Below, piece after piece: positions 39,385 to 52,394 of a DNA stretch of 64,000 bases. A program made the translations under genes and the position numbers. Each line of letters starts with the position of its first letter. Position 1 is the stretch's first letter. The stretch is taken from assembly GCA_036785375.1 (NCBI GenBank), contig JAWMAR010000016.1, positions 7,378,001 to 7,442,000 on the forward strand. Direction: 5' to 3'. Origin of the DNA: Leucoraja ocellata (Eukaryota). The notes under the pieces are model-generated. The model was given only the letters and a program-made list of their open reading frames with translations. It had not been told where the DNA came from and searched no databases.

Positions 39385-40268
39385 CTTTAAAGAAAAAAAA
39401 AAGCCACTTATGTTAGAAATATATCAGTCCATTCAGGGCCTTCAGTGAAAATAGGAGACAGAGACAGTAAATGCATGCTGAAATCTTCAGTAAACAATGC
39501 AGACTGCAGTAGAAAGTTAGTGGGTCAGGCAGCACAATCCAGAGTTCTTCCAGCATTCATTTGCTCAAGATTTCAGCATATGGCTCTCCTGCCCTTCAAC
39601 CATTTCTCACCCAGACTTGTTCTTGCCGACATGCTCCCTTCCTCAAATTGATCCAAACCATTGTCTATCCATTTTCCTCCACAATATTGCCAATTTCCTC
39701 CATGTTGCTACAACTGCCGAGTTCCTCCAGTAGTTTGTTTTTTACTTCAGTGATGCAGAATGCTTTGGCTTCAGATATAATTTGTGTACCATTCTAACTA
39801 TACATCTAAACTCCAAAGGATGACACAGATAATGCCTTTAGCCAATTAATCATTATCAAAGAAAGTAGATGCTGGCACCATCTGCAAAATTAATGTTCTA
39901 ACAATTTCACATTATCATGCAACCACACCCAGCATACATTCTTGTTCCCACCCACCCCCATCCCATTATAACCTTATAGATCCTTCCCAGGTTATGAACC
40001 CCTGACTTATATATATAGATTATACATACAGGCTATCAGGTCGGGAGCTTGGGGAAACCATGGGATGGATTTGCCTGCTGCTAAGGGGCTGCAGGCACCT
40101 TCCGTTGGTTGGGAATTCTGTATGCAGCAATATTCAAATGGTTGAGTTAAAAGCCCTCGACAGTTCTCAGCAAACGGAACCTTCTCATAATCTAGGGTGG
40201 ATCTGTAGTTTTTTTAAATTAAATACATTATTTTAAATAAACAAATTAAATAAATTAATTATTAATAC

Positions 40269-40381
40269 CTGGGCATTGAGATGCATGTGACTCCATTACT
40301 GATGCAGTGTTTCTTCATTGCCTCCAGACTGTTCTGTAAGCTTTCGTAAGTTGGCTTTTGAAAGGCTCTATTTTTAGTAAT
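40269..40381 (-). CDS. OARD1: OARD1 coding exon ([38 protein letters not shown]), 113 nt
   Basis: cag| acceptor and AG|gtatt donor. Closely matches TARG1 [38 protein letters not shown], including the catalytic Lys of ITK. Confidence 0.95.
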
Positions 40382-40619
40382 CTGCGCAAGAAAAGCCACT
40401 AACTATTAATCAATCAGACAATTTCATTAACTCTAATAGTAATGCTAATAGCAAGTGACATTAAAGAAAGCGGAGACACAAGAAACTGCAGATGCTGGAA
40501 TCTTGGCCGAAATCATTCTGGAGGAACTCAGTGGGTTAGGTATCATCTGTAGAGGAATGGCTGGACAATGTTGAGTCAGGACCCTTCATCAAACTTCAGG
40601 TCTGACAAGGGGTATTGAC

Positions 40620-41335
40620 CCATTGCAAAACCAGGGCAAGATCTTTAGAGTGAATAGTTGGGCCCTAGGGAGTAGGGAGCAGAAAAAGTCCCTGAACGTG
40701 GCATCACTGATAAAGATGGCTTTTGATACATTTGTCTTCATCAGTCAGCCTATTGAGTATAGAAGTTGGAACATTATGTTACAGTGTGCAAGGCATTGAG
40801 ACTGCATTTGTAGTACTGTGTTCAGTATTGACCCTGCTATAGGAAGGATGTCATGAAGCTGGCAAGAGTGAAGAGATGATCTATGAGGAAGTTGCCAGGA
40901 CTTGAGAGGCCTGAACTATAGGAAGAGGATGGGCAGGGCAGGACTTTATTCTTTGCAGTGCAGGAGGCGGAGGGGGTGATATTATAAAGGTGTATAAAGT
41001 TATGAGAGGAATAGATAGGGTCAATGGACATAATCTTTTATTTAGAGTAGGGGAAATCAAGAACCAGAAGTCATAGGTTGAAGCCAAGAGAGGAAAGATT
41101 GGAACCAGAGGGAGCATCTATTTTCACTGAGGGTGGTGGGTATATGGAACAAGCTACCAGAGGAGATAGTCAAGGCAGGTACTATAACAGCATTTAAGAG
41201 ACACCTGGACAGGTACATGGATAGGAAGGATATAGCGTGATATGGACTTTATGCTAGCAAATGGGACCAGATTAAATTGGGCATTTTGTTCAGCATGGAC
41301 TAATTAGACTAGAGAATGTGTTTCAGTGCTATATG
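40620..41335 (+). mobile_element. Older CR1 subfamily fragment
   Basis: Degenerate CR1 3' coding region and UTR. Confidence 0.7.
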
Positions 41336-41859
41336 ACCAAGATCAAAAGCCAAACTGATAACTTAATCACACGGTAGCAGTGAAGATATTTTTATAATGC
41401 TTCTTTTAAATTCTTGAAATTGCTCAAGGCTGAAGACTGAAATTAGATCTTGAAGTGCTGTCAGAGTAGCCTTGGTGAGTAACTGGAGTAGTGGAGGACT
41501 GGCCAAATTTTGTACCTTCCACCACAGTGATGAATGCTGTGGTGGATGTTTGTGTTCAATTTTTATTGTGTTTTGTGTTTTCTTTATCATTGTACCGCTG
41601 CTGGCGAATTCATTTCACTTGCACTTTATGTGCAATGTGACAAATAAAACTGCTAAACATAATGCAGCCAGTGCGCAGCAGTGATGGAGGGAATTAGTGT
41701 TTGCGGACAACAGACAGTAATCTTCAGTAGGAAGAAACTGCATTTGCAGGTTTAAACCAAAGATAGACACAAAAAGCTGGAGTAACTCAGCAGGACAGGC
41801 AGCGTCTCTGGAGAGAAGGAAACGGTGATGTTTCGGGTCGAGACCCTTCTTCAGACTGG

Positions 41860-42465
41860 ATTCTGCAGTGAAGAAAGCTAATGGCATGCTGGTCATGGCG
41901 AGATGATTTGAGTTTAGGAGCAAGGAGGTCCTACTGCAGTTGTACAGGGCCCTGGTGAGACCGCACCTGGAGTATTGTGTGCAATTTTGGTCTCCTTATT
42001 TGAGGAAGGACATTATTGCTATTGAGGGAGTGCAGGTTAACCTGGTGAAAGAATGGGTCGACTGGGCTTGTATTCACTAGAATTTAGAAGGATGAGAGGG
42101 GATCTTATAGAAACATGTAAAATTTTTAAAGGATTGGATAGGCTAGATGCAGGAACAATGCTCCCCGATGTTGGGGGAGTCCAGAAACAGGGGTCACAGT
42201 TTAAGAATAAGGGGTAGGCCATTTAGAACTGAGATGAGGAAAAATTTCTCCACCCAGAGAGTTGTGAATCTGTGGAATTCTCTGCCACAGAAGGAAGTGG
42301 AGGCCAATTCACTGGATGTTTTGAAGAGTGAGTTAGCTTTAGCTCTTAGGACTAAAGTAATCAAGGGATACGGGAAATAAAGCAGGAACGGGTAACTGAT
42401 TTTAGATGATCAGCTGGCTCGAAGGGCCGAATGGCCTACTGCTGCACTTATTTGCTATGTTTCTA
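41860..42465 (+). mobile_element. CR1 LINE 3' fragment
   Basis: Degenerate [11 protein letters not shown]...QRVVNLWNSLPQ and 3' tail. Confidence 0.88.
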
Positions 42466-43827
42466 CTCTTTTTGTGTCTATCTTTGTGTGGATCTTCAGT
42501 GCTGCTGGAGGGGCCCTCATCCAGGCAAGGAGGTTTTGGGGTAGCAGAGGCGAGTCATTCACAGGATATCTAGCCTTTGAACTCCTGTCGTAGAGACAGC
42601 ATTATGTGGCTGCTGTGTTGGATCTCTAGTCAAGGGCAATATCTTCAACATTGATGATGGAAGACTTGGCAATGACAATGCCTTTGAATGTCAAGGGGGC
42701 GTGACTACAGTGCAGTCAACATTTCCATTTCATCAGCATCTGAATGCCACCTTGATCACTCTGACAAGAATAGTTTCAACTTCTGAAGAATTAGAAATGC
42801 AATTGAACATTGGAGAATTAACATCCCTAAATTTGATCTAATAATGTCATGAAAGTCTGCGGGAGAAGGTTAAGCCTAGGACACTGGCCCTAAAAGAATT
42901 ACTGCAGCAATGTCAAAATCATAGAAAGATTGCAGACTGTAGCAGAAGATTATGTAGCTCATTTAGCCAGTGAGTGATTTAGCTAGCTAAATTTGGTCAC
43001 TGCAAGTGACGTTTACAGTCTTTTAGCTAAAAGCGTCACTTACAAAGCTCAAATTAGGATCTTTGGTATTCAATGCAATTTAGCCTCCATTAAAATGAAT
43101 CCACATTGCAAACTTTTCCAAAAGAATGTGGTTGCAACACAGTGTGTGGAGTTGCTGTCACACAATCCTGACCTCTGGTGCCATGTATGTGGAGCTGCAG
43201 CTTCTCACAGTAACCACTTGGGTTTTCCGCAGATGTGTCCTTTTCTTCTACATCACAAAGACATGCTGGATGACAGGTTAATTGGCCACTAAATGATGCC
43301 CAATGTACAAATGAGTGGCAGAATTCAGAAATTGACGGGAAATCAATCGCACAAAATATTAGTGGACGAAGATGAGTCTGCTCTGTGAGCCGGCATAGAC
43401 TAAATGGGCCAAATGGCTCATGGTGTAAGGGTATATAAAGAGAAAGGGAAACAATCTTTCCAAATGCAATCTGCGTGTTTTTGTCTACTTATAAAATAGC
43501 ATTTTTTTTTATTGGAGACAAGATATACAAGGGTACTCTAGCTTTAAAATAAAGATTTGATTTACATAACAATCTAAATCAGATCACAAAAAAACTGTTG
43601 AATCAAACATTGCTGTCAACCATTGAGCTTCATCATTTGAGTTTAGCCATGCATCGGTTTATGATGGGGTTACATTGTCCATGGGACTGTGTTAAACCAA
43701 AAGGATACCATGCAACATGAATTCTATAGTAGTGTACTGTATTTTGAAAAACCAAAGTTTAACCTTTATCTTGTGAATTTTAAAAAGCATTCAAATAATG
43801 AACAATAATACTCAAACTAAAAGTTAC

Positions 43828-43886
43828 CAGATAGTAAATGTATCGTTGGGGTCTTTTCAGTACTGCTACTTCCCCAGTTTTCTTTT
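43828..43886 (-). CDS. OARD1: OARD1 coding exon (K-KKTGEVAVLKRPQRYIYYL), 59 nt
   Basis: cttcacag| acceptor, CTG|gtaact donor; matches TARG1 KKSGEVAVLKRDGRYIYYL; phases 1 and 0 fit the neighbouring exons. Confidence 0.95.
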
Positions 43887-44404
43887 CTGTGAAGCAACAA
43901 AAACAATTATTGTATTTTTTTTCTTGGTCTGCTTACGAACACAAGAAACAGAAGCAGGATTAGGCTATTTGGCCCATTGTGCTTGCTCTGCATTCAAGAT
44001 CCTTTACTTCAGCACTGCTTTCCTGCACTATACTAAAACATCTACAATTCTTGAATAGTCTTTAAGACGCTCAGTAACTGAGCCTTCATGGTCCTCTTGA
44101 ATAGTGAATGCCAAACGATTAGCTATCCTCCGAGTGAAGAACTTCCTCATTTGAATGGCTGATCCCTTAGTGTGAGGTTCCTCAGATGCTGAGGAATATC
44201 ACGATTTACCTCATTGTTCTAAACTCAAGTCTAGGCTTGGTCATTTTATTCAACTCATCCAACTTTGGAAATAAAGATGGGCAAGTCAGAATAGATCCAT
44301 AATTGATTTGAGTACAGTCTGAACACCGATTTTCCGGCACCCTCGGTTCCAAAGCCTTCCTGGATTATCCTTTTTTCTGAATCAACAGGGGTCACATGAT
44401 AATG

Positions 44405-44790
44405 AGAGGAAGGAACTGCAGATGCTGGTTTACACCGAAGATAGACATAAAATGCTGGAGTAACTCAGCGGGACAGGCAGCATCTCTGGAGAGAAGGAAT
44501 GGGTTTTGAGTCAGACTGAGAGGCAGGCGAGAGGGAAACTAGAGATATGGAAGGGTACAAAGAGCAGGTAAGGTGTGAAAAGGACAGAACCAAGAATGAT
44601 CAAGGAAATATACAAAGGTTCAACATTGGCTGAGGAGAAGCCGACAACGAGGCAAACAGTAAAATTAATCAGGAGGACAATGAATCTGGTAGGATAACTA
44701 GGGTGGGAGAGGGACAGAGAGAGGGGGAAAGCAAGGGTTACAAAGTTATAGAGAAATCAATATTCATACTGTTGGATTGTCAGGTATGTA
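44405..44790 (-). mobile_element. Penelope 3' end with pLTR-like unit, inserted in a Tigger-like relic (about 44313-44852)
   Basis: Minus strand near 44750-44785 encodes degenerate ...SMNIDFS, the GIY-YIG C-terminus, followed by the family repeat. Confidence 0.6.
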
Positions 44791-45057
44791 CGAATTTTCC
44801 GGTTGCGAAACACTATCTCCCCCTGCTATTCTGATATTTCATTCCTGGGTCCCTTCTACTGTATATTTTACAGATTTTAATAACAAAATGTTCCTCTGGA
44901 GCTCGTGTCTCTTTTCTGGAAGAGTAATATTAACACAACTTATTTTAACTTAATGTCTTTGCTTATTTTTCTTGGGATGACAACACCCACAAACATGCAG
45001 CCATGGCCCACACTGAAATAACTTTACCAAATTTTCCTTCAGATACAAGAATTTGGT

Positions 45058-45260
45058 TTAAGAACTGCAGAAGCTGGAAAAATCGAGGGCAGACAAAAAT
45101 GCTGGAGAAACTCAGCGGATGAGGAGCGAAGGAATAGGTGATGTTTTGGGTCGAGACCCTTCTTCAGATTGAAGAAGGGCCTCGACCTGAAACGTCACCT
45201 ATTCCTTCGTACTATAGATGCTGCCTCACCCTCTGAGTTTCTCCAGCATTTTTGTCTACC
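45058..45260. mobile_element. Palindromic pLTR-derived element with back-to-back hammerhead motifs
   Basis: Motifs at 45140-45167 (-) and 45169-45196 (+) abut at the palindrome centre. Confidence 0.7.
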
Positions 45261-45341
45261 CAAGAATTTGGATTGACGTTTTAATGCCAAAACAACATGC
45301 ACATTCAAGCGGTGAAAAGTAATTATGCTTTAGTTTCTTAC

Positions 45342-45495
45342 TTTGGTCTAGCAGCGCCGGAACAGATCCAAACCGTTTCTTGAATAAAACAGCTATCCCC
45401 TTCCCCATGCGGCAGTCTGCACTGATGCAGTGCGCCAGCGATTCTTGTGCTGGACATTCAAACAGATCACCAGTCATGTAACAGATTTTAAAGCC
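45342..45495 (-). CDS. OARD1: OARD1 coding exon ([51 protein letters not shown]), 154 nt
   Basis: ctgtag| acceptor and A|gtaag donor; GDLF...[22 protein letters not shown] is the TARG1 macrodomain signature. Confidence 0.96.
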
Positions 45496-46718
45496 CTACA
45501 GTGGCAAAGAAACAGTTATGTATTGATAGCAATCTTTCCATCCTCAATCTTCTTCCTCCTTGTCCAGAAATCACTCAGTTCTCATTATTTTCACCTGCTT
45601 ACTTCAGGAAGCATGGTAGAGAACATGCCCCAATCAGCATCAATTGTCCAGAAGTTGAAATGGTTGAGAGCTTCAAATTCTTTGGTGTTAATATTATCAA
45701 TGATCTGTTGTGGACCAACCACATTGATGTGATGTGGGAGGAAGGAGGAAAGGAAAAGCAGCCAATATAATCAGAGACTTGTCCCACACTGTCATTCCTT
45801 CCCTCTGCCCCGTCTGGCATGGGTACTTGAAAGTGAGTGCCACCAGCAGGAACAGCTTCTTCCCCTTTGTTATCAGAAAAGTCCTTCCATAAGCTAGGGT
45901 TCTATGCATTTTACTCCTGCCCCATCGTAGACATTGGAGTGTTTATGGAAGAAATACTCTGCAATACCAAGCCCTAATGCAAATCTTGACCCAATTTGCA
46001 CATTGGTTAAAAAGGCCAATTCCCAATTGAAAGTAAACAATGAAAAGGCATTTCCAATCATCAAACGTAGAATCTCTCTAAATCTAAAAAGTTGTTTAAC
46101 ACGTGTTAAGATTCTTTATAGAAGCATTAACACATTTTGCACTGACCCGGCAATATCATGGTACAGACTAATAGAACTGTGCCTCACAGTTCCAGCAACC
46201 CAGGTTCAAATGTGTCGTCTTGTGCTTGTTCTATGATTGTGGTGATTTTCTCCAGGTACTCCAATTTCTTCCCACATCCTCAAATACGTGCTAGTTGATA
46301 GATTAATAAATTGGCCATGGTAAATTGTCCTGGCGTACATGTAGTGAGTGGTAAAATCTGGGAGAAATTGATGGTATTGGGGGTTTGATAGTTGGCAGAC
46401 TTAGTGAACAAAAGATTAATTTCAATGCTGTCTCTCTGACAAATGAGCACATGAAGACAGGTGCCAATAGCTTGATCAACAATGGGTTTTAAGGCTCCTC
46501 TTAAGAGGGAGATTTCAAGAAATGTTTAAAGCCTGAGCAACTGCTGAAGGGATGAATAGAATGGTGAAACAAATGTTGTTGCTCATCATATCATCCAAAC
46601 TTTATTGATCTGACACACCCATAGATCAATACTGTTTGTTTCCAGTAAAGAAAAACAAACTTCTGTAGGTATCTTACTCTTATGATCCAAATAGACAGCA
46701 CATATTCATTATACTCAC

Positions 46719-46768
46719 ATTGCCTCCTAGTGGTTTCTCCATACATTTCATCGTTTTGTGCATCCAAC
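46719..46768 (-). CDS. OARD1: Probable OARD1 exon 2 (G-WMHKTMKCMEKPLGGN), 50 nt
   Basis: tcttcaatag| acceptor and AAT|gtgagt donor. Phase 1 in, phase 0 out, which bridges the MAS exon to the 154-nt exon exactly. No homology support for the peptide itself. Confidence 0.65.
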
Positions 46769-48379
46769 CTATTGAAGATAACAAGAATGTAGTTGTCATT
46801 ACCAAATTGCTTCTTTCCCCATTTCTAGCTAATACTAATATACTGCTAGTGTTAGAAAGGCTGAAAAGTGCTGTTCTCCATCAAAGACAGCCTGACCTTA
46901 CTGCTCTCAATTCAGAACTTCTCTTCCTACAAATTCTCTTTCCTCCCCTGTTCAGAATATTAAGAAAATGCTCCATCCATGATCAAGGTTCTAATAACGC
47001 CATTGAAATTTTTATTCTGCAATCGTGTCAAATTTTACATGCTATATAATCCTGCAAAATTATTTGGCACATTTTACCATGTACTGTACTGCAATGTACT
47101 GAAGATGCCTTCCATTTATCCTTATCTGTTAAAGGAAAAATGTTTTAAGAAAAAAGGAGCGCCCCCTTCAAAACATTTACAATGCTCACTCCTGTGCAAA
47201 CAATTCTATACAAAAACTGATCACAAATCAATCTATTGACATAGTATCTTTTTAATAAGCATTTTTGATCAGGTAATTGTTAGTCAATTTTAGTCCAGTG
47301 AGATCTCTCAGATAGAGAAATGAGCTAGATTATCATTTTATCATTTTAATTAGTGGACAACATTTAGTAGGATAGCAGTCTTAGTTGTTTTGTTTGTGTC
47401 ATGTGAGGCTAAAGAGAAGATGAAAGACCAATGAGAAGTCTAAACTACATTATAGTATTTTGGCTAGGATAAGGAAAATAATACCAGCTGATATTATTAA
47501 ATGATAGAAAGAGCAAAAAGAGACCAAACACACACCAAACTTTTTTTTCTTGTTTATTACATTATTTATAGTGTACTATGTTTACATGTGTTGCAAATAA
47601 GAATTTCATTGTTCTATCTGGGACATGACAATAAAACACTCTTGACAGTGAAACAAAGTAATGTTAAACTTGGCAAACGGAATTGCTGTCAGGGGAATTT
47701 AAGAAAATCCAAAAATCTTCCTTAAGTATGGCAATGAAAATGAACAATTAATTTTAAACAGAATTTCAATTATGCAACAATTTATTAAATCCCACGCTAA
47801 ATCTCCCAGTTTATTCCTACACAATTCCAGTGGACTTTCCCCATACCCTGTAATTATACATTGGTAGGTCAGATTACAGAACTGGCTCCTGGAACATCGA
47901 CACCGATTTATTGAGTTAGATCAAGGGCGGAACCAAAGGGGCGGAACTGTGGCGCAGCGGCAGAATTTCTGCCCAACAACTCAAGAGACAATGAGTTCAA
48001 TTCTGACTTGATCTTTGGTTATAGGATCTTTGGTTTCGGTTAGAATTGCCCCCTCTAAGTTGTGTGTAGGATCGTGTCTGCTCTTGTAAGAAGAAATAAG
48101 GTTGATAGTTTTGATTGCCGGTTGACAGTTTGTGCGTACTATTTAAATAAAGGCACTTTTTTTTTAAATAAAGGAAAATGAAGCGTGCCCACCAAATGAC
48201 CAGAGCGGTTTTCCGGAGCAGACGAGCCGACTGCTGAGCAGAAACATTGCGAGGACGCGGTTGGGTTTAATGTCGGCGGATAATCAACGCCGTCGCGCTG
48301 TTCACAAGGGTGGGATGGATGGCGGACAACCCGCCCCGGTCGGCGTGGTCCATCTTCTGCCACATCTACTCTATGACAA

Positions 48380-48640
48380 GTGTAGGAAGGAACTGCACTG
48401 AGGTTCTGGTTTTCACCGAAGATAGACACAAAATGGTGGAGTAACGCAGCGGGACAGGCAGCATCTCTGGAGAGAAGGAACGGGTGATGTTTCAGGTCGA
48501 GACCCTTCTTCAGACATATCTCTCGTTTCCCTCTCCCCTGACACTCAGTCTGAAGAAGGGTTGCGACCCGAAACATCACCCATCCCTTCTGTCCAGAGAT
48601 GCTGCTGTCCCACTGAGTTACTCCACCATTTTGTATCTTC
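48380..48640. mobile_element. Palindromic pLTR-derived element in the OARD1 CpG region
   Basis: Motifs at 48486-48513 (-) and 48550-48577 (+). Confidence 0.7.
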
Positions 48641-48920
48641 ATCTTCTTGATCCGCGGTGACGGGGTCACTACTTCGTGGAGCCAGGGAACGGGCTCCATC
48701 CATCTTGCCCACAGTTATCGTGTGAGAGCTAACTTTGTTGTATTTTTTTAATTTCGTTCACTTAGTTTTTTTTTTGTTTTTTAAACGCGTCGATTATTCC
48801 CGACCGAAGATAAGACGCAAAACATGCTGGAGTAACTCAGCGGGACAGGCAGCATCTGTGGAGAGAAGGAATGGGTGATGGTTGGGGTGTAGAGTCTTGG
48901 TCAGAGTCGGTGCTTCTTAC

Positions 48921-48930
48921 CTGACGCCAT
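48921..48930 (-). CDS. OARD1: Probable OARD1 first coding exon (ATG GCG TCA G = M-A-S)
   Basis: agcaATGG Kozak context, strong donor CAG|gtaaga, located in a CpG-rich island; mammalian TARG1 also begins MAS. Confidence 0.65.
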
Positions 48931-49159
48931 TGCTCTGCTCTGCGGTGCCAGGGAGCCCGTCGGCCGTTGGTTCAGGCGCGCAAACCTTGGTTAAGTTAAC
49001 CCAGCCCTTCCTGTAGTCCGTCAGCGGTGGGCCGCCCCTCAGCCGCCCATGCTCTTTAATCAAACTAAACATAAGGGACGGCACATGCTGATTTACACTG
49101 AATATAGACACAAAATGCCGGAGTAACTCGGCGAAAAAGCAAACTCAATGTTAACATTC

Positions 49160-51135
49160 ATTTCGGTTAATTCCCGGGGTTGCGGGACTGACATATGATG
49201 AAAGAATGGGTCGACTGGGGTTGTATTCACAGGGGTTTAGAAGGATGAGAGGTGATCTTACAGACACATATAATATTCTTAAGGAATTGGACAGTCTAGA
49301 TGCAGGAAAAATGTTCCCGATGTTGGGTGAGTCCAGAACCAGAGGTTACAGTTTAAAGCCCCTGTCCCACTTTCACGAGTTAAAGGTTCAAAGGTTATTT
49401 TATTGGTCACATACACTATAGGTGTAGTGAAATGCTTCTTGCCAATAAGATAAGAATACATAAAGAGAGAATACAGACATAACAGTAATAAAGTGATTTA
49501 AACATAGAAACATCCCCCCACAATTATGAGGGAAGGCACGATGTCCAGTCCCCATCCCATGTCCACCCATAGTCGGGCCTATTGAGGCCTCCACAGTTGC
49601 CTTTATGGAGGCCCGATGTTCCAGGCCGTTCTCGCCGGGTGATGGTGCTCCGGCGTCGGGAGAATCCTCTCAGGAATCCAGGAACGGCCGCTTCCCTTAC
49701 CGGAGACCGCGGCTTCCGAAGCTTCCGAAGCCAACAAGGCCGCGCCGGATGGACCTCCACCACTGGCGATCTCGGCGAGAGATCCCAGGCTCTCGATGAA
49801 AAGTTCGGCGCCGCCGCCCACAGCTGTCCGCTGCATAGTCCCGCAGCTCCGCGATGTTTCATCGGCGGTCTTTAGCTCACTGGAGCTCCAGCGCAGCGAC
49901 CCGGGCAAGGCATCGCCCGCTCCGCAATAGCGATCCAAAGCTGTGCCGTCGCCGCCGAATCAAGGTACTGGGCGATCCCCTCAGGAAACGCCGCTCCAGG
50001 CCCGCTAGTAGGCCGCGAGGACGGATCGAAAGTGCAGCCCGGAGAAAAGCTGCCTCTCCGACCAGGTAGGGACCCTGAAAAATAGTTTCCCCCTCCCACC
50101 CCCCCCCAATAAAAAAGACTAGAGCTCCAAAAACAAAACACTAAAACTCACTAACGAATTCTCCCGAGTTTTCCCCTTGATTCAAACTCAGAGAATGTCT
50201 GTGGTGAGGCCGTAGGAGTCCTAGATATTCCATAGCTGTTTGTAATGCCAGCTGCAGGTACTCGGGGCATCAGGTAAATCAGGATGTGTTTTCAGCATGT
50301 TGAAAAATGTCCAAGAGTAAAAAAAATAGCCCTGAGTACCTACGGCTGGCATCTCTGAGTTTGAATTCGGGGACAATTCGGGAGAATTCATGAGTAACTT
50401 GGGAAAGTGGGACAGGCTTAAGTCACATTTAGGACTGAGATGAGCAAAAACTTTTACACCCAGAAAGTTGTGAATCTGGAATTCTCTTTCACAGAAGGCA
50501 GCGGAGGCCAATTCACCGGACGTTTTCAAGAGAGAGTTAGAACAAGCTCTTACAGCTAACAGAATCGAGAGATATTGTAAAAAAGCAGGAACGGGGTACT
50601 GATTTTGGATGATCGGCCATAATCATACTGATGCTGATGGAGGTGCTGGCTTGAAGGGCCGAATGGCCTACACCTGCACCTATTTTCTATGTTTCTATGT
50701 ATGTTTCAAGAGGACGTATACAAAAACAGGGATGTAATACTGAGGCTCGAAAAGGCGCTTGTAAGGCCGCATTTAAGAAGGGTGCGACCTCATTGAAACA
50801 TACAGAACAGTGAAAGGCTTGGATAGAGTGGATGTGGAGAGTATGTTTGCACTAGTGGGAAAGTCTAGGACTAGAGGTCGTAGCCTCGAAATTAAAGGAC
50901 ATTCTTTTAGGAAGGACGTGAGAAATTTCTTTAGTCAGAGGATGGTGAATCTGGAATTCTTTGCCACAGAAGGCTGTGGAGGCCAAGTCTGGAACTTTTT
51001 AAGGGAGAGATAGATAGATTCTTGATTAGTACAGGTGTCAGAGGTTATGTGGAGAAGGCAGGAGAAAGGGGTTAGGAGGGAGAGATAGATCAGCCATGAT
51101 TAAATTGTGGAGTAGACTTGATGGGCCAAATGGCT
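49160..51135 (+). mobile_element. CR1 fragments with nested MITE and GC-rich element
   Basis: CR1 at 49160-49356 resumes at about 50420; a second CR1 3' end at about 50705-51135. Confidence 0.8.
49357..50418. mobile_element. PIF/Harbinger-type MITE containing a nested insertion (about 49383-50155)
   Basis: TAA|AGCCCCTGTCCCACTTTC ... GAAAGTGGGACAGGCT|TAA. Confidence 0.75.
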
Positions 51136-51760
51136 ACTATAAACACCTTGAGTGACATTTTTAAAAACTGGAAATTTGCGATAAAAACCAAAGATGCAAG
51201 AAAGATCCAGGTCAGGTAGTATATGTGGAAGGAGAAACAGTTCATGTTCAACTCGCTGATTCCCCACCATGACCCCTTGAGCTTTCTTTTTATCATCATT
51301 TCCTGTTTCTTTTTCATTTAAAAATACCAAATTTAAAAGTGAAAATAGAATGCTGCAGTCATTAGATAGATGTTCACAAATCTGTCAGTTGACCTGTCAC
51401 TTTTCTTTGAATTAGAACAAAGGGCACTTCAGTTTAGAAGGTCATAGCTAAGAAATACTTGAGTCATTTAAAAAACAACTTCTCAAACAAAATCACTTCT
51501 TGCTACACACTTCAGTGAGTTGACAATTTTATATCTTTCCATTCCTTTCAAAATAGGCACGCATACAGATGCACAAATCAGTCTGGTATTACCTTTGCTT
51601 GCATACAAAACCTTTCACAAACAAGCCATTTGCCTTAAAAGGAAACAAAGTGCTGGAGTAACTCAGTGGGTCAAGCAGTATCCCTAGAGTACATTTTTCT
51701 CCCCAAAAATAAGCTTTATTCAGAATAATAAAAACATATCTACTATAGCCAGTGACTGGA

Positions 51761-52394
51761 TGTCAAGTATCCTGACAAGCTTTGTTACTAGCCAGGGAGA
51801 GAGATAGAGAGAAACTCTGGGACCAGGAGAACAAAGAAGCACTGTGAAAATGGTCTTGTGTTTGATATGTGGTCATGTAGTGTGGCCTTGAGAAGATAAG
51901 GTAACTGGGAACGCCATTTTGCAAAGGAGCTTTATGATGAGAATGAAAGTATGAACAGGCAACATAATTAAGAACGGAACGAAGATGTGTTTTGTTTGTG
52001 CAATACTTGGATGAGTGACAACTTGAAATGATTGACTTCGGACTTTTGACAGCCTTGGGTTAGAACAAAGGCTTCCTTTAGGTGATTGAAGGAAAAATTA
52101 CTATTAAAGAAGAGCCGTCCGAGACTTCGGGAACGACAACCGGAAGAACCATCGCAAGTAGGAGGGACATGAGTTTGAAACTTAGAGAAGACTCCCCCCT
52201 ACCAACAGAGTGAATCTAGCCAATTCATTCAGATGGGTAATGTACAAATCCACGTCATGGGTTTTGTGATTTAGTTAAGAAATGTTAATGAGCAGCTATT
52301 AGAAGTCAATGGATTGCACACATGCTTAAGTAAACTCAAATGTTAATAAACATTAAGTTGTTCTAAACATTGGTTTAGAGTCTTTTGTTCGACA
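51761..52394 (+). mobile_element. Possible solo LTR
   Basis: TGTCAA...TCGACA termini with AATAAA at 52345-52350; no convincing target-site duplication. Confidence 0.4.

Larger units (their letters stand above)
48180..49060 (-). promoter_or_regulatory. CpG-rich promoter/first-exon region of OARD1 with GC boxes (CCGCCC at 49032-49037 and 49043-49048)
   Basis: Locally high GC and CpG in non-repeat sequence around the putative first exon; interrupted by Penelope-derived inserts. Confidence 0.6.

Noticed and set aside
45256-45341. C-terminal part of ORF 45256..45477
   Set aside because: Read-through into the intron past the gtaag donor at 45341.
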